A stretch of 64,000 nt of DNA from Haliotis rufescens (GCF_023055435.1 NW_025964372.1:21576001-21640000); one strand, 5' to 3'. Numbered from the stretch's first letter, positions 37,725 through 51,042 are shown. Translations and numbers: made by a program. The notes: generated by a model not told the origin, from the letters alone.

Positions 37725-38629
37725 GATATCAAGCATTATTCAATGTGATGGAGGAATATCGAATATTAATCATTGACCTAACTAAAAATACCAGTTTTAT
37801 ATTATATCATGTCCGAACAAAAATCCTTACTTCACTGTTATCATGTAAGTTTGTGACATTTGACTTCACCCTGTAGTGTTGTTTAAGAACAGACGATTTA
37901 ACGTCTCACAACAATGACATAATGTGTCCCAAACATGCTTGCTTCATGCATGACCATCACAAACAAGCTGGTGGGAATTGCTGGTCCGCCTGAAATATTA
38001 CTGGTCACGGGATAACGGGATAAAGGTCATTTTGAGGTCATCTGTATGGCGTAAAGACTAAATATGCCTCCGCTGGTCTCCCTGGAAATGTTCTATTAAA
38101 TAAGACCTGATCAATGTGTTTTGAACAAATGAAGATTTGTGAAATAACTTTATTGATAATTGTTTGGGTTTCCAGGTCCGTAGTTCCAAATTTCTAAAAT
38201 GTGAAATTGTTCTCTTGCAGAGAGTCTGTTATTTCTGTAATTGAACAAATCATACAAGAAAGCCATGTTGCCGCTTTGACTTGTCATTCCGAAAAAGAAA
38301 TCTTTCACCTTTATATTTAACACATCTGAAAAAAAATTAAGAAATCCGTAAAATAACAAATGTTTTAGGAATTCTGTTTCGTTTTTCATATTTCGACAAC
38401 TGACCCGTCTTTATTAAATAAGATATCAGTTGGGTGTGTGTCTGGTTTGAGATCAGCATTTTCGTTCTTAATGGTTTGGAGCTCAATTATTAATAGGTGC
38501 TTAATTTGTTGGGTTTTTTTAATTATAAATAAAGCAATCGAACTGTAATTCGTGCCTTTTTTCTTTGATGAGTTCTTCCCACCTCTCAGCATCCAGTGAC
38601 CTCAAGTCTTCTTTTTCTGAAGGCGCACG

Positions 38630-38945
38630 ACTGTCTCCATGGTCTAGCGGTAGAGCGTCTGGTCCGAGAGCGGAAGGCCCGGGGGTTCGATCCCGGTCGC
38701 GTCATACCAGAAGACGTTAAAAGATGATAATTGTTGTTATCCTGCCTGGCGTTCGGCATTAAGGGGCTAAAACAAGGAAGCAGTATACTGTTTCTGGGTT
38801 GGGTATTCATGTTAAACTACGGCATATGGTATCCCAGTGGGCATTAGTCGACTTTAACAAGCAGCCACACACACATGTGCATGCACGTCTCTATATAAGT
38901 GCAATAATCTTGAACGCGACGTTAAGCACCATTTCACCTCATATC
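38630..38945 (+). mobile_element. SINE family C
   Basis: Consensus match. Confidence 0.8.
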
Positions 38946-39289
38946 ACCCTAAGGCGCTTGCCATAAAGGAGGTCCTTTGAAGAGTGAGAGTTGGATTTTA
39001 CACCGCCTTTCACTGCGCCTGAAACAAATATATCCAATGCAGATCATGCAAGTCTATAATAGTGGGCAAGTCTAAATTACTGCAGTTTCAATTATGAGTC
39101 TCTTGGCTCCTTTTATTATTATTTTTAAAGGTAAAGAAACAACTGTTTTCTTCTGTAAAATATGTTCATTTCAGAGACTAGATGTTAGTCTGGATCGTGG
39201 CATGGGAAAGAACTTGTGTTTGTAACCCTGTCACTCAACGTAATTCCGAGGATGCGCCTTAGGCTGCACATGTGGAAGGTGGCACATTT

Positions 39290-39655
39290 TCAGTGATAAA
39301 TTTCACGGATCAAAATGATCAAAACAAAGACATGCAAACCATTTGTCGTGAAACACGTACAATTCGGAAAAATGCACCCAGTGCATTAACCAAATGCCCA
39401 TGGAGCTGCACGTAATGCATGACTGTGCAGCAGCACTTTGAACGGTATTAAAGTGCATGGTTTTTTATGCCTGGCATCTGTGTTAATCGAACAGTGACAG
39501 TTCAACAACATGCCAAGATTAACAGAAGTGCAAAGAGCAAAGAAACAACGCCATAGGGCGATTGCAGGCAGGGGAGTCCCTATCAGCTGTAACCAGGCTT
39601 TTCAATATAGAGCAAGGCACCATCACATCGCCCGTTGCAGATTTCAGAGGCACCG
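39290..39655 (+). mobile_element. 5' fragment of a Tc1-like transposon
   Basis: ATG at 39510: MPRLTEVQR, then after a frameshift NNAIGRLQAGESLSAVTRLFN. Homologous to the N-terminal HTH of the 49806 transposase. Confidence 0.7.
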
Positions 39656-39658
39656 TCT

Positions 39659-41192
39659 TGATTGGTTAGAAAGAGGTTTCCTTTTTGCTAAGGAAACCCC
39701 TTTTAAATGCATTAAGCCTTTTCACACAAAAAAGTGAGCATGTATACATTGATAGCCTACCGTTTCAATTAAAATGGCTGCCGATCGATCTCCCAAAGGA
39801 ACTGTAAAACGTATCGATATTTCCTCTGTTACTCGATGGGTCTCTAATACAAGCCAGGTCTCCAATACACGCTGGGTCAACGACTCTCGCGAAAATAGCA
39901 GATGATCTAGCGTCTAATAGAGGAAATACGGTAGTTTGATATTGGATGTTTTTGGCGACGATATGATGTTCTAGGCTGTAAATCTGACTGCTTCGATGAA
40001 GAGATTTTAGTAAGCAGGGATATCTTTTGCATAGAAATGTTCGAAGGTCATCAGACTCGGAACACGCAATTTCCTCATTGAAACAACCGACAATGAAAGT
40101 AAAATATAACATTATCCGAAAGAGTTTGATTTTTTTTATATTCATGACAACATGTTGTTTACAAACCATTTTGTAATCAGTCATTCTCCAGTTGGTAAAT
40201 TGGTAAATTGTGTTGTACCAGCAGGCTCATTCCCAGTAAATCTACAGGTTAATGTTGAACCACACCATTGATAGGGGTTGTCATGTTTCTTCCTGTAACA
40301 TGTCTGAGGCGTGAGAATGTAAACAACAACATTGGCAGCCATTGACAGTTGTGAGTAGTGAGTTACCGTGATGTAGGTCAAGTTCTGCCACATCCAAGTT
40401 CGGGGTGGAGAGGCATTTACCGGGGGGTATATTGATTTTTTTATCATTTACTCAGGGTAATTGCTAACTAAGTTAAAACATATCTTTGGACTAAGTTTGG
40501 AGGCTTATTTTCAACTTCCTTTAGAAAAATACTATGTGTTTTGAACACTTATTTTAAACTAGTTAAGACTATGAGTATTTTAAAGTTGAACTTTAGTAAT
40601 ATGTGTTGTATATACAACTACCTATGACCCCTTTTCGGAATGTTCTAAGATAGGACCTTTGTACCCTGTGTTGTAACGCCTTGCAAGAGACCACCGTTTT
40701 CAAAGCGCTGTTGCCGTCCTGATAGAATGGAGATAAACCTACTGGTTTTGAAATTTGATGTCGTCCCCCTGTAGAGTAGATACCTCTTATTTATACATTT
40801 GTAACCTCGAGCTAAAGCGGTGCCGAATTAAAGCAAGAGGTATAGATCTACACTACAGTGGGACTATATCAAATTTCAAAACACAGTAGTCTTTTCTCCT
40901 AAATTACCAACTTTCGTTGCGTGATTGTCTGTTTAAAGGGTAAATAAGAAATTTAATGTAAAAAAACCGGGTGCCAGAATTTGGGTTGACGGAATATCGA
41001 AGTCCCCGTCACAATCCTTTTTATACACAAGTCAAATGACAATTTAGGTGACTTCACGCAAATGTAGGTTACTGAATAACTCTACTCACCAAACTGGAAC
41101 AATGTTTGTTATTTTGCTGTTAAACGCCGAACTCAGCAATATCCCAGCTATACGACGGCGGTCTGTAAATAATCGAGTCTGGACCAGACAAT
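39659..41192 (-). repeat. Right arm of the large inverted duplication
   Basis: Reverse complement of 35950-37724, lacking about 230 bp that corresponds to roughly 36665-36890. Confidence 0.92.
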
Positions 41193-41839
41193 CAGCCTCT
41201 TACGACAAGCATAGTCGCCTTTTAGGGCAAGCATTGGTTGCTGAAGACCTATTCTACCCAGCGTCGTCACGGTTCGCAGAGAATATGAATATTGCACCGC
41301 AAATGAAAAGACTTAACGAATCTGTGATACCTATAGTTGAACCTACTCCACCATTTTGTTTGTTTGTTGTTTAACGCCGCACTCAGGACTATTCCAGCTA
41401 TACGGTGGTGTGTACATATTCGTGTCTGAACCAGAGAATCCAGTGACTGATATCATGAGCATCGATCTACGCAATTGGAAAAAAAGATTACATGCATCAA
41501 CCATGTCAGCGAGCCTGACCACCCGATCCCGTTAGTCGTCTCTTACGAAAAGCATGTGCTGCTGAAAACAAATTCCAACCCAGACGGGGCCTGCTCCATC
41601 AAAGCGCTCGCACAGCAAGTCAAGATCTTCCCATGCAACATCTGCTCAAGGTAATTCAAATCTGCAGGTTATGAACCAGTGAGGTATTATGTAACAGATC
41701 ACGGGAGAGATGAAAGTAACACTGATTTTGCGTTGACCATCGGTCAATGTAACATATTGCTTTGGCACTTGACAGTGGAGTGAAATTCTTAAGGTGGCTA
41801 ATTAATGGGCTGGTCATAGATTAAAGTTAAGACGTAGAC

Positions 41840-41846
41840 TATAAAA
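41840..41846 (+). promoter_or_regulatory. TATA box of FTL-CTL gene A
   Basis: TATAAAA about 50 bp upstream of the ATG at 41892. Confidence 0.55.
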
Positions 41847-41891
41847 CGTCCTGACCCAGAGCTGGAGGATACATTGCTTTTTCATACGACA

Positions 41892-44800
41892 ATGATCCAG
41901 TACCTTCTCATCGCAGCCCTGGTTGGCAGTGGTAAGTATAAACACGTCCTACTTTATTGTAAAGATCAACAACTTTTTACAAGTTAACAACGACTCTCAA
42001 ATCATAACATGTCTAACTGAGATTACCCCTGTGGTCTAGTGGTAGAGCGTCCGCCCGGAGAGCGGAAGGTCCGGGGTTCGAGCCGCGTCATACCAAAAGA
42101 CGTCAAAAGGTGGTACCTGTTGTTACCCTGTCTGGCGCTCGGAATTGGGGGGCTAAAACAAGGACTGGTCGACATGGAGTCAGTATACTGTGTCTGAGTG
42201 GGGTATTCATGTTAAACTGCGGCATGTTATCCCAGTGGGCTAGCACTATAAATCGACATCAATCTGGACTAGTACAAGCAGACATTAACTCACACACACG
42301 TGCATGCACGTCGCGACATAAGTGCAATAATCTTGGACGCGACGTTAAACCCAATTTCACCTCTCCTCATCTGAGCTGAAGTAGAGAATTGCTTGCTTCA
42401 AAAAGGAATAATAAGTACGTTTTGTTACACATAATATATTCAGGGATCCTATTGGTATAGCCATCGTATTTGTTAAAGTGCTATCCTGTTACACATAGTG
42501 ACTTGTTTTCATCGGGAGGTCCATTTTCCAGATTACAGGGGTCCTTACCAACAAGGTTTCACTATGAGCTTTTCTGGCACTTTGTTTCAGCCACCGCAAC
42601 AAACTTCGCCCTTGGTAAACCAGCCACGACCAGCAGCACATGGGTTTCGTATAACGGCTCCCTCGCCACTGACGGCAACACCGACGGTGACTGGAAATCC
42701 GAGTCCTGCTTCGCTACAAACATACAAGACTCAGATCCTTGGTGGATGGTGGATCTGGAGCAGGTTATCACCGTCGACAATGTCGTTATCTACAACAGAG
42801 CAGACTGCTGCGGTACGTTCATTGCAACCACAGAGAAAATGACTGAATGTCGTTATACGCCGCAGCCAGCAAAATTGCAACAATATTAGAGTGGCTTCAA
42901 TTTTTCCTTTGCTATTTCTATTCTTTTACCAATCAGTGCTAACTTACCCCGGCCTTCCGTTTTCCCATTGTTCCTTTGCCAACTACCAGACAGTGATAAT
43001 TTAGTCCTGGCTTCCAGGTGTGCATAACTATCAGCGCTAATTACTGTAGAGTGTTGGCTTCCATTGTCTATTGCTAATCACCTATCGTTGTTATCTTATT
43101 ACCTTTGTTGTACTTACGGGTACATATATGTGCTCTCTGGCTCATAGCATTCGACAGCTGCTCGAACGTATATAAACAGAGCAGCCAAGGATAAAAATGA
43201 AATCAAAACAATATATTAAAATAGAAATCATATCAATGCAAAAACAGAAATTATGTGAACACCGAACTCACAATAGATATGTGAACCCTTCTCACACACA
43301 GGAGTCCCAAAGAGGGACAGGTCAGCCGAAATTGCCTTGGCAGAAGGCGACCTCTTAAAAACCTAATGCAACAACAACAACATCATAGCATTCATTCACC
43401 TGATGAAGGAGTAAGCATATACTCCGAAACGTTGTGATCCTCATAATAAAGAAGTTGACATCCATAAATTATCTTCCTTATATTAGAGTGGCTGCAATTA
43501 ATGAAGTCTTCCCCCGTTAAAGTTCCGGGTTGGAATTGGTCTTCAGCATCCCATGCTTGTCGCGTCTTACACGTATCTGCTGCTGGACCGTTCTTATCCG
43601 TAATCCCCAACGGGTATATTCTCAGCTAGAATTCCCATTTCATTTGACGTTAAATGATTATGATTAATGTTATGATTTAGCGTAAAATGCGTAAAAAGAC
43701 ATTAATTACCCTCAAACGTGGCCCATTGGCTACTTTCCCGCATTCTCTGACACTCCGCGGTTAGGCTGTCATAATAATGTTCAAAGAGCCTTTTATTCAT
43801 ATATCTTCTTCAGGTGAGAGGCTTCAGAGGCTGACTGTAACGGTGTACACTGAGAACCCTGACGTCGTTAGTGACGCTGAAGGAACGCCGTGTGCGACGT
43901 TCGAGGGGCCAGCTGATGACGAAGATGTCGTAACCCTTCAGTGCGAGGGCGAAGTTAGCGGAAGATATATACGCATCACTAAGCAGAAGAGCTTGGAGAA
44001 CGAGTTGGACCTTCTTAGTTTCTGTGAAGTGGAAGTAACAGGTATGAGTATAGGGCACGCTTCCGATCCACACAGCGTTAGTAGTGCTGTGATAGTCTAA
44101 ATACAACTTCTTATTTACGACTGTCGTAAGGCTACGAACGCTTTGTGGATGGGGATCCAGAATTAGACAATTGTCGACGTCATTACAAAATATCTTCATT
44201 TCAAATGACGTTATTATTGGTGAAAACGTCAACAATGATGTAAGGCGAGTGAAATTATGATTCTTCCACGACGTTTTCGAATCCGGCATTCTGATTGGTC
44301 TCCCAGGGGTGTCGAATATACGTTCGAAACTTCTCAATTGAAAAAAACCCAGTAGCCTAACTTCCTAATCATAATTATAACTTTGTCCACACAAACTCGT
44401 GTTTACCGAATAAATGCATCTTTCAATCAATTTACATCTTCTTAAAATAACCCATGATATCAAATCAGAAGATTACTATGAACTCAGTGTAACATTGTTT
44501 GTTCTAAAACCCTGCAATCCTGACGATCACTTACAGAAACGTCTACCTGTTCCCGTGTTATGGGGGGGGGGGGGGGGGGGGGGGGGGCACGGGTGGCCCA
44601 GTCGTCTAAGGCGCCGCGATTCGCTGTGCAGAGTTGCGTCCCCCTGGGCACGCCAGAAACCTATGATTGTGGGTTCGAATCCCGGTTCGCCCCGATTATG
44701 TTTCTAGGTTTGTCAGCACCATACCCGTGCTCGTGGGTTTCACCGAAGTGGTAACCGTCTGAGACCTGCATCACTTCGGGCTTTCCTCCCACATTAAGCC

Positions 44801-47445
44801 GACAACCGCGATATAACTGTAATACTGTTAAAAGCGGCGTTAAACCAAACTCACCCACTCACTCCCGTGTTATGGGTTTCGGGCGCTTAAGAAACATTCG
44901 TAGTTTTCTCGCTAATCACAAGAACTGTAAAACATCTCACTCACTTATAAAAGACGACTTTATTTTAAAAACCTGCCATCATCTGAGTATATTTACAATG
45001 TCTGTGTGACGGCACACCCGCTGTTATAGCGCGAGTAATCGCGATAAACATGGCCGTCCGATACCGCATGATGCCCGAAACTGTATGATCCGACGATACA
45101 TATTCAAAACTCCATACCCAGGACTCGTTTATCCGGAATACGGTTAATCGGGTCGACGTCACAAAGAACAGTTCTGGGAGTAAAGGGATTTCACTGTACA
45201 ACAAAAACCGAATGAACTATATTATCACGACAGTATCGCAGAATGACATTCATTCCTTCGATAACGTTTATCACCATTTAGGGGAATAAGATATATGCCT
45301 TCTACTTTCCTAAATTACTGTTCGTTAATTATGATCAAATTAATGTCAACGGTGAAATGCTATATGATTGAGTGAATGGGTATGATTTTACGCCGCAATT
45401 ATCCAGCAAATCACGGCGGGGGACACCGACAATTGGCTCCACACATTATACCCACGTGGGTAATAGAACCCGGGCCTTCAGCGGAACGAGCGAACGCTTT
45501 AACCACTAGGCTACTTCGCCGCCCCTTCAACATGGAGGGGTGGAGATCTATTCATAATGTGTATACTTATATTGCACTGTACTCAATACACAAGGTGCAT
45601 GTTCAAAGCCCTAAAATTGTTTTCCCGGTCAATAGATCAGTGTGAACTCGTTTCTCGTTCTCAGCTCCCTTGGAAGTATACAAGCTATTGAAGTTAACCT
45701 GCCACATAACCATCTCATCCTACCCATTCACTGCTGGGTGAACAGATCTATAATTGAATACTTTGTATAGAAACCCTGAATATATGTTTTCTATTTCGTG
45801 CTAAAATCATTTCTGTACAATTCCAGCCAAGTGTCCTTCCGGGTTTTCCCCAATAGACACCGAGTGCCTGAGGTTTGTCCCGAGTTTCGCCACATTCGCC
45901 GAGGCCCTGGTAAGTGTTCAAGGACATAAGCAAATCTCTCGAGTTCCGTTTCGAAGGCGAGCTTGAAACAAGTAAATATTCGACACAAAATCGCCCTGGG
46001 ACCTTTGGTATCACAAGTTAGATGCAGGAAGACCTTATGAACCGGATTCTCTTGACTCCATATACGTTAAAGGCGATGCAACTCTATGGTCCCTGCAGAA
46101 TCCGTATCCACCCGGGCCCATTTGCACAAAACTGTCTCAGGTCTAAGACGATCGTAACTCCCATACTTTAACAAAGGCTTACGATAGTCGTAGCGCTTAG
46201 ATCGTTGTACTTTGGGTGGCCCAGTCGTCTTGGATGCCGTCGTCGTTAATGACGCAGCAACTGCGTCAGCAATATTTATTGTTGGCACCCCATGTGCTTC
46301 GTTTTCACCATCTCTTTGAGTGATTGTCGTAATTGTTATCAATATTAATTTCAGTTATCAATACATATATATCACCCTATTATCATATGATATATATTAC
46401 TTTTGCCTTGAGTATATGCAGAAACAGTTATCGTCCTGAAGACGGGTTTTTCTGGATTAACGAGGTTCCGTTGTAGTCAAGGTAAACCTTTGTTGCAGAC
46501 GAACTGCGAGAGCATGCACTCACACCTGCTGATGATTAAGACGGAGAGCCTTGACAACGCCGTCAGAAACTATATGGTTGGAAACAAACTCAATGGTAAG
46601 TTTGTTTTATTACTACTAAGGTAGTTTGGCTTTGAATAGTTTACAAATATATTTTCACTGTTATGCGTCATTTATCGTGCCTTTTAAACGATTTTTTCAA
46701 AGGATTGTAAGTAAAGTTAAGGTTTTGTCCGGTACTTAACCGGTTTGGATATTTGAACACTAAAAGTACAACCCGGTGCCCTTGGTCGTCAGAGTCTGAC
46801 AGATCAAGTGGTTTAGATTAATTAATTTCTGTAACTAATCCTGTTTGCGGAGAGATGGCGCTGTACGTAAGTCATCATTCAGACAAACGGGTTTGGGGCT
46901 ATTATTTACATTATATGTTTCGAGAGAGGTTCCCAACGGTAAAGGTCCAGAGTACAGGGTTTCTTGATTAACGGGGTCGGGACTTACTGGTTAGCTCTAT
47001 CCATCCAATAAGAACCAATCACATAAACGCCATATTATCCTAATCCCAGAGAGGGCGTTTTGTTAGCCGGGTGGTGTTCGCTCGTCAGGCCAAATGCCCA
47101 GGTTCGATTCCTACATAAGCACACCATTTCAAGTATTCCTCGTCGTGATATTGCTGGAACAAAGCGAAAAAATACATATAAAACGCGTCGTAAAAACACA
47201 CTCACTCGTTGCTTTCAGACACATACTACGTGGGCGCCATGGACCTGGAGGAGACTGGAGTGTTTCAGTGGGTGGATGGTTCCACCGTCGACGTTCCCTG
47301 GAGAAGCAAGAACGCTGGCATCGGTGCCGCTGCAGTAGAAGAAATAAAGAATGCAGCATGTGGCTACTTGAACGGAGCCACCGGAGCTTGGCAAGCCATG
47401 TACTGTAGTGAACCTAACTTCTTCATCTGTCAGAGACCACTTTAG
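41892..47445 (+). CDS. Secreted F-type lectin (fucolectin/FTP) + C-type lectin chimera A, 6 exons, 298 aa
   Basis: Exons 41892-41931 (signal), 42591-42812, 43814-44041, 45827-45909, 46499-46595, 47219-47445; GT-AG, 897 nt. FTL motifs NFALGKPA, ATDGN, PWWMVDL, YNRADCCGERL, SFCEVEV. CTL motifs CPSGF...C...TFAEALTNC, FQWVDGS, CSEPNFFICQ. Confidence 0.92.
42025..42370 (+). mobile_element. SINE family C
   Basis: Near-consensus copy in intron 1 of chimera A. Confidence 0.85.
42883..43499 (+). mobile_element. Penelope pseudo-LTR or retrozyme-like unit, interrupted by a 241-bp insertion
   Basis: 20-nt direct repeat ATATTAGAGTGGCTNCAATT at 42883 and 43480; hammerhead core followed by AATAAA; inner insertion bounded by TCATAGCATTC (43142-43152 and 43383-43393) with a (CAA)n tail. 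Confidence 0.6.
43396..43437 (+). ncRNA. Minimal type-I hammerhead ribozyme motif
   Basis: TCAC-CTGATGA-A-GGAGTA-agcata-TACTCC-GAAA-CGTT-GTGA: intact CUGAUGA and GAAA cores, 6-bp stem II, palindromic stem III (AACGTT), GUU cleavage triplet, stem I TCAC/GTGA. Confidence 0.65.
44562..44865 (+). mobile_element. SINE family D with a 5' poly-G run
   Basis: TSD TCCCGTGTTATGGG on both sides; about 26 G at the head. Confidence 0.85.
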
Positions 47446-48649
47446 TGATTATTTCTTGGGGATTAAAATTGTGGAAAAGTTCATTGATGAGTTTGTATTC
47501 ATTCATTGTCAGTTGAAAATATTTTTTTCCAATCTCATTAAAATCAGATCTTAGTTCTCGCTCCCGCTAAACAAAGATCTGAGGACATACCATTACGGGT
47601 CACGTCAGAACGATCTTTAAAACGGCCAATCAGAGCGGCGCTTACCGGATCGAGAAAGTGACAGTCGGAATGTGTTTTCTGACCATGCAACGTCGAAAAG
47701 GTGAACACGGGGTATTCCGAATGACAGACGTGCGAAGTTCCGGGGTAGATGTGGTCTTCAGCAACCCATGCTTGTCGTATGAGACAAAACGATGGCGATT
47801 TGACTTGTCTTATCAGATAGTTGATGTCCGCTATAGGCTGAGCTATTAAGTGCCATGTCCACCATCCACCCTCACACATGAAGATCCTTGTTAAAATTGG
47901 TCTTCAGCAACCGATGCTTTGCGTAAGTGGCTACTAACGGGATCGGGTGGCCAGGCCCTCTGACGTGGTTGAAACATGTCATCGTATCCCAATAACGTGG
48001 ATCGATGCTGTCAATCACTGGATTGTCTGGTCCAGACTCGATTACTTACAAACCGCCATCATGTAACTGGGATATTGCTCATTGCGGAGTGAAACAAAAC
48101 ACCCACTTAGAGGGTCCAGAAATTTAGTTGTTCGAGATAACGCAGATACATCTTTGAAAATGTGTGGTGACTGCATAGTTTTCAGAAATAAAGTCTTGGC
48201 TACAGTTTTGACCACATATGACTCATGAGGCCCAGTCGTGTAAGGCGCCGCAATTCGCTGTGCAGAGTTATGTCCCTTATGTCCCTTGTGAGTTCGAATC
48301 TTGGCTCGCCCCGGGTATGTTTCTAGGTTTGTCAGCACCATACCCGTGCTCGTCGGTTTCACCAAACTGGTAAACGACTGAGACCCGATTCCAACTCGCT
48401 CACTACCTGTTGGAAAGGTTCGCCGCCTCTTTCTGATTTAACAAGACACAATCGAGAAGACATTGTTGGGAAATTGGTTCCACGTTGTTAACATGAAGAA
48501 CCCCATGTTGTCATGCAGGTCCTTGAACAGCCAATCTAAAAGCGATTTTAGCATTTGTGCAAATAGCACATTCAGCAACATCATTCATAACATCTGTTGG
48601 TTTGATTTACATTGACATGATATCCCAAAGATAACATCTGACGGTAAAG

Positions 48650-48814
48650 TGAGTGAGTGAGTATGGTTTAACGTCGCTTTTAGCAATATTCCAGCAATAT
48701 CACGACGGGGGACACCAGAAATGGGCTTCACACATTGTACCCATGTCGGGAATCGAACCCGGGTCTTCGGCGTGATGAGCGAACGCTTTAACCACTAGGC
48801 TACCCGACCGCCCC
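48650..48814 (-). mobile_element. SINE family A, young copy
   Basis: Perfect 13-bp TSD TCTGACGGTAAAG. Confidence 0.9.
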
Positions 48815-49508
48815 TCTGACGGTAAAGACATGGAGGCGCCAATGAACATTCCGCATGTAGAAACTGTTATATTTGGGATAAAACTTTCTTTGTGAAGTAC
48901 AAGTTATAGTACTTCAATGGGTTATTCGAACCCACACTCTCAGAGTGAGACACCTAATCAGCACACAAAGTCAGTGTTCTCACCCACACAGCCACCGAGG
49001 CTTCCACAAAATAAAAATCCGACAACTGCTTTGTCTAGATCCCGTGCTTGGTGTAACCCTCTGACAAGGGTAAATTGGCACGGCTCCCATGGCCGAAAGC
49101 TATGAACACACAAAGCCATTTAGAAAGTCATATGTGTCAAATGTTATATTTGGGATAACACTTTCTTAGTAAAAGTACTAGAATCTGTACTTAACTCAGA
49201 AAGTGTTATATCCAAATATAACATTTGTTACATTTGACCGCTCTCTAAATGGCATTGTTTTGTCATTCAGCATGAACATGGGAAACTGAAGTTGTTGAAA
49301 ACCCTCCTGTGCACACGCTTCAAGGAGTTGGACTGAAAAGGGTTTGCTAAATGACACTTCATGAAAACATTTATGGAAATATGGCAAACATACTCATAGC
49401 CTGGATGAATTCAGTGACTATTTGATAGTGATTTATAAACACGTGCCCATGATATAGTCGGACTCGTGCAATACACACGGATTTTAGCAGAGATTTCTTA
49501 TAAATATA

Positions 49509-51042
49509 TACCCACACGCAAAAGAAACGCAAGTGGTTTTAAGCAAATAGGTAACAAACACGGAACCCTAAATTGATACGAGTTTTAGCATGTAGTGAAG
49601 CCTGATGGTGTTATCAATATTTTTGGTTGCATTTTGGAAGTAAAACGCAACATAAAAAAACGAATCGCCAAAAACGCACGATTTCAATGAATATGTGGGT
49701 ATCATGCACCCATTTCTCGCGAAATTGAAAATGCACGAACTGTCACGAACTGTAGTGGGTATAAAACTGTTGCCGATTCTTTGACCTACCACTCCTTGGT
49801 CAACAATGCCACGCCTAACTCAAATTCAGAGAAACCAGGCTATCGGACGTTTGGAAGCTGGAGAGTCTGTTCAAGATGTTGCCCGTCATTTCAACGTAAA
49901 CATAACCACAATTTACCGTCTCCTGCATCGATAAAATGCTACACAGACCACAGATGACCTTCCTCGGAGCGGTCGTCCTAGGGTCACCACACCTCGACAA
50001 GATCGGCAGGTTACCCGTCAACACCAGCAACATCTGTTCCTAACTGCAAGTTAAAGTGCTCGACAGACCATAGGAACACATAATCAACACATTAGCCGGG
50101 ACACTGTGAACCGACGTCTCTGTTCAAACAACCTCAGATGTGGCCGACCAGCACGTCGTCCTGTTCTCCAACCACGGCATCGACAAGCATGACTTCAGTG
50201 GGCACAGGGTCATCACAATTGGCGTCATCCCGAGTGGAAGCTGACATCTTCTCTGATGAAAGTCGCTATTTTGTCTCCCATGCAAACGGACGAGTCAGAA
50301 TTTGGAGGCGTCGAGGTGATCGTTTCGCTGACAGAAACGTTGTGGAAAGGGATCCATGGGGTGGACCTAGCGTCATGATATAGGCAGGGATTGGACTTAA
50401 TGCGAGACTTGGACCCATGTGCTTTCTGAATGTTGGTCAAGCTCGGTGACACGGCGTCACTGCTCAGCGGTATATCGACCAAGTGATCAGACCCCACGTT
50501 GTTCCATTTTTTGCACATCAACAACACAATTTCCAGCAGGACAACGCTCGTCCCCATGTTGCCAGAGCTACCATGGTCTTTCTGCAACAACACAAACTCC
50601 GTGTTCTACCGTGGCTAGCCCTCAGCCCTGATCTGAACCCAATCGAACACTTGTGGGATGAGGTTCAAGGGCGTCTGCACAATGTGCGCCCAGTCCCTAC
50701 AACTGCCGATGATCTACGCACAGCTGCTCTGGATGTGTGCAGGGGGATCCCTAGGGCCTTCACAAATCGTCTGATCCACTCAATGTACAGGAGATGTGTG
50801 GCAGTGATCAATGCTAATGGTGGTCACACAAGGTATTGATTGACATTTTGGGTATTGACCCGAAACTGTGTAAGCCCTTAACATTTGAAAAAAACAATTA
50901 TGCCATCTACCTTTTAATCCATTAAACTGTCTTCAGTCAAATATTTGTCAATCTTGCCCTATTAGTATTTCTTGTCTTTACTGTTGAAAATAAATAACAT
51001 GTATACTGCATACTCGACTTGCGTTTCTTTTGCGTGTGAGTA
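49509..51042 (+). mobile_element. Full-length Tc1/mariner (DD34E) transposon
   Basis: TIRs TAC(C/T)CACACGCAAAAGAAACGCAAGT at both ends, flanked by TA. Confidence 0.92.
49806..50839 (+). pseudogene. Tc1 transposase pseudogene
   Basis: MPRLTQIQRNQAIGRLEAG...RSGRPRVTT...FSDESR...QQDNARPH...SPDLNPIEHLW (D-x34-E)...GGHTRY*, with several in-frame stops and a frameshift. Confidence 0.9.

Noticed and set aside
41585-41656. GCTCAAG|GTAAT resembling the small lectin's exon 1 donor
   Set aside because: No signal-peptide frame upstream; the match is too short to support a relic exon.
44519-44548. Second hammerhead-like string CTGACGA...GAAACGTC
   Set aside because: Stem II and stem I cannot pair.
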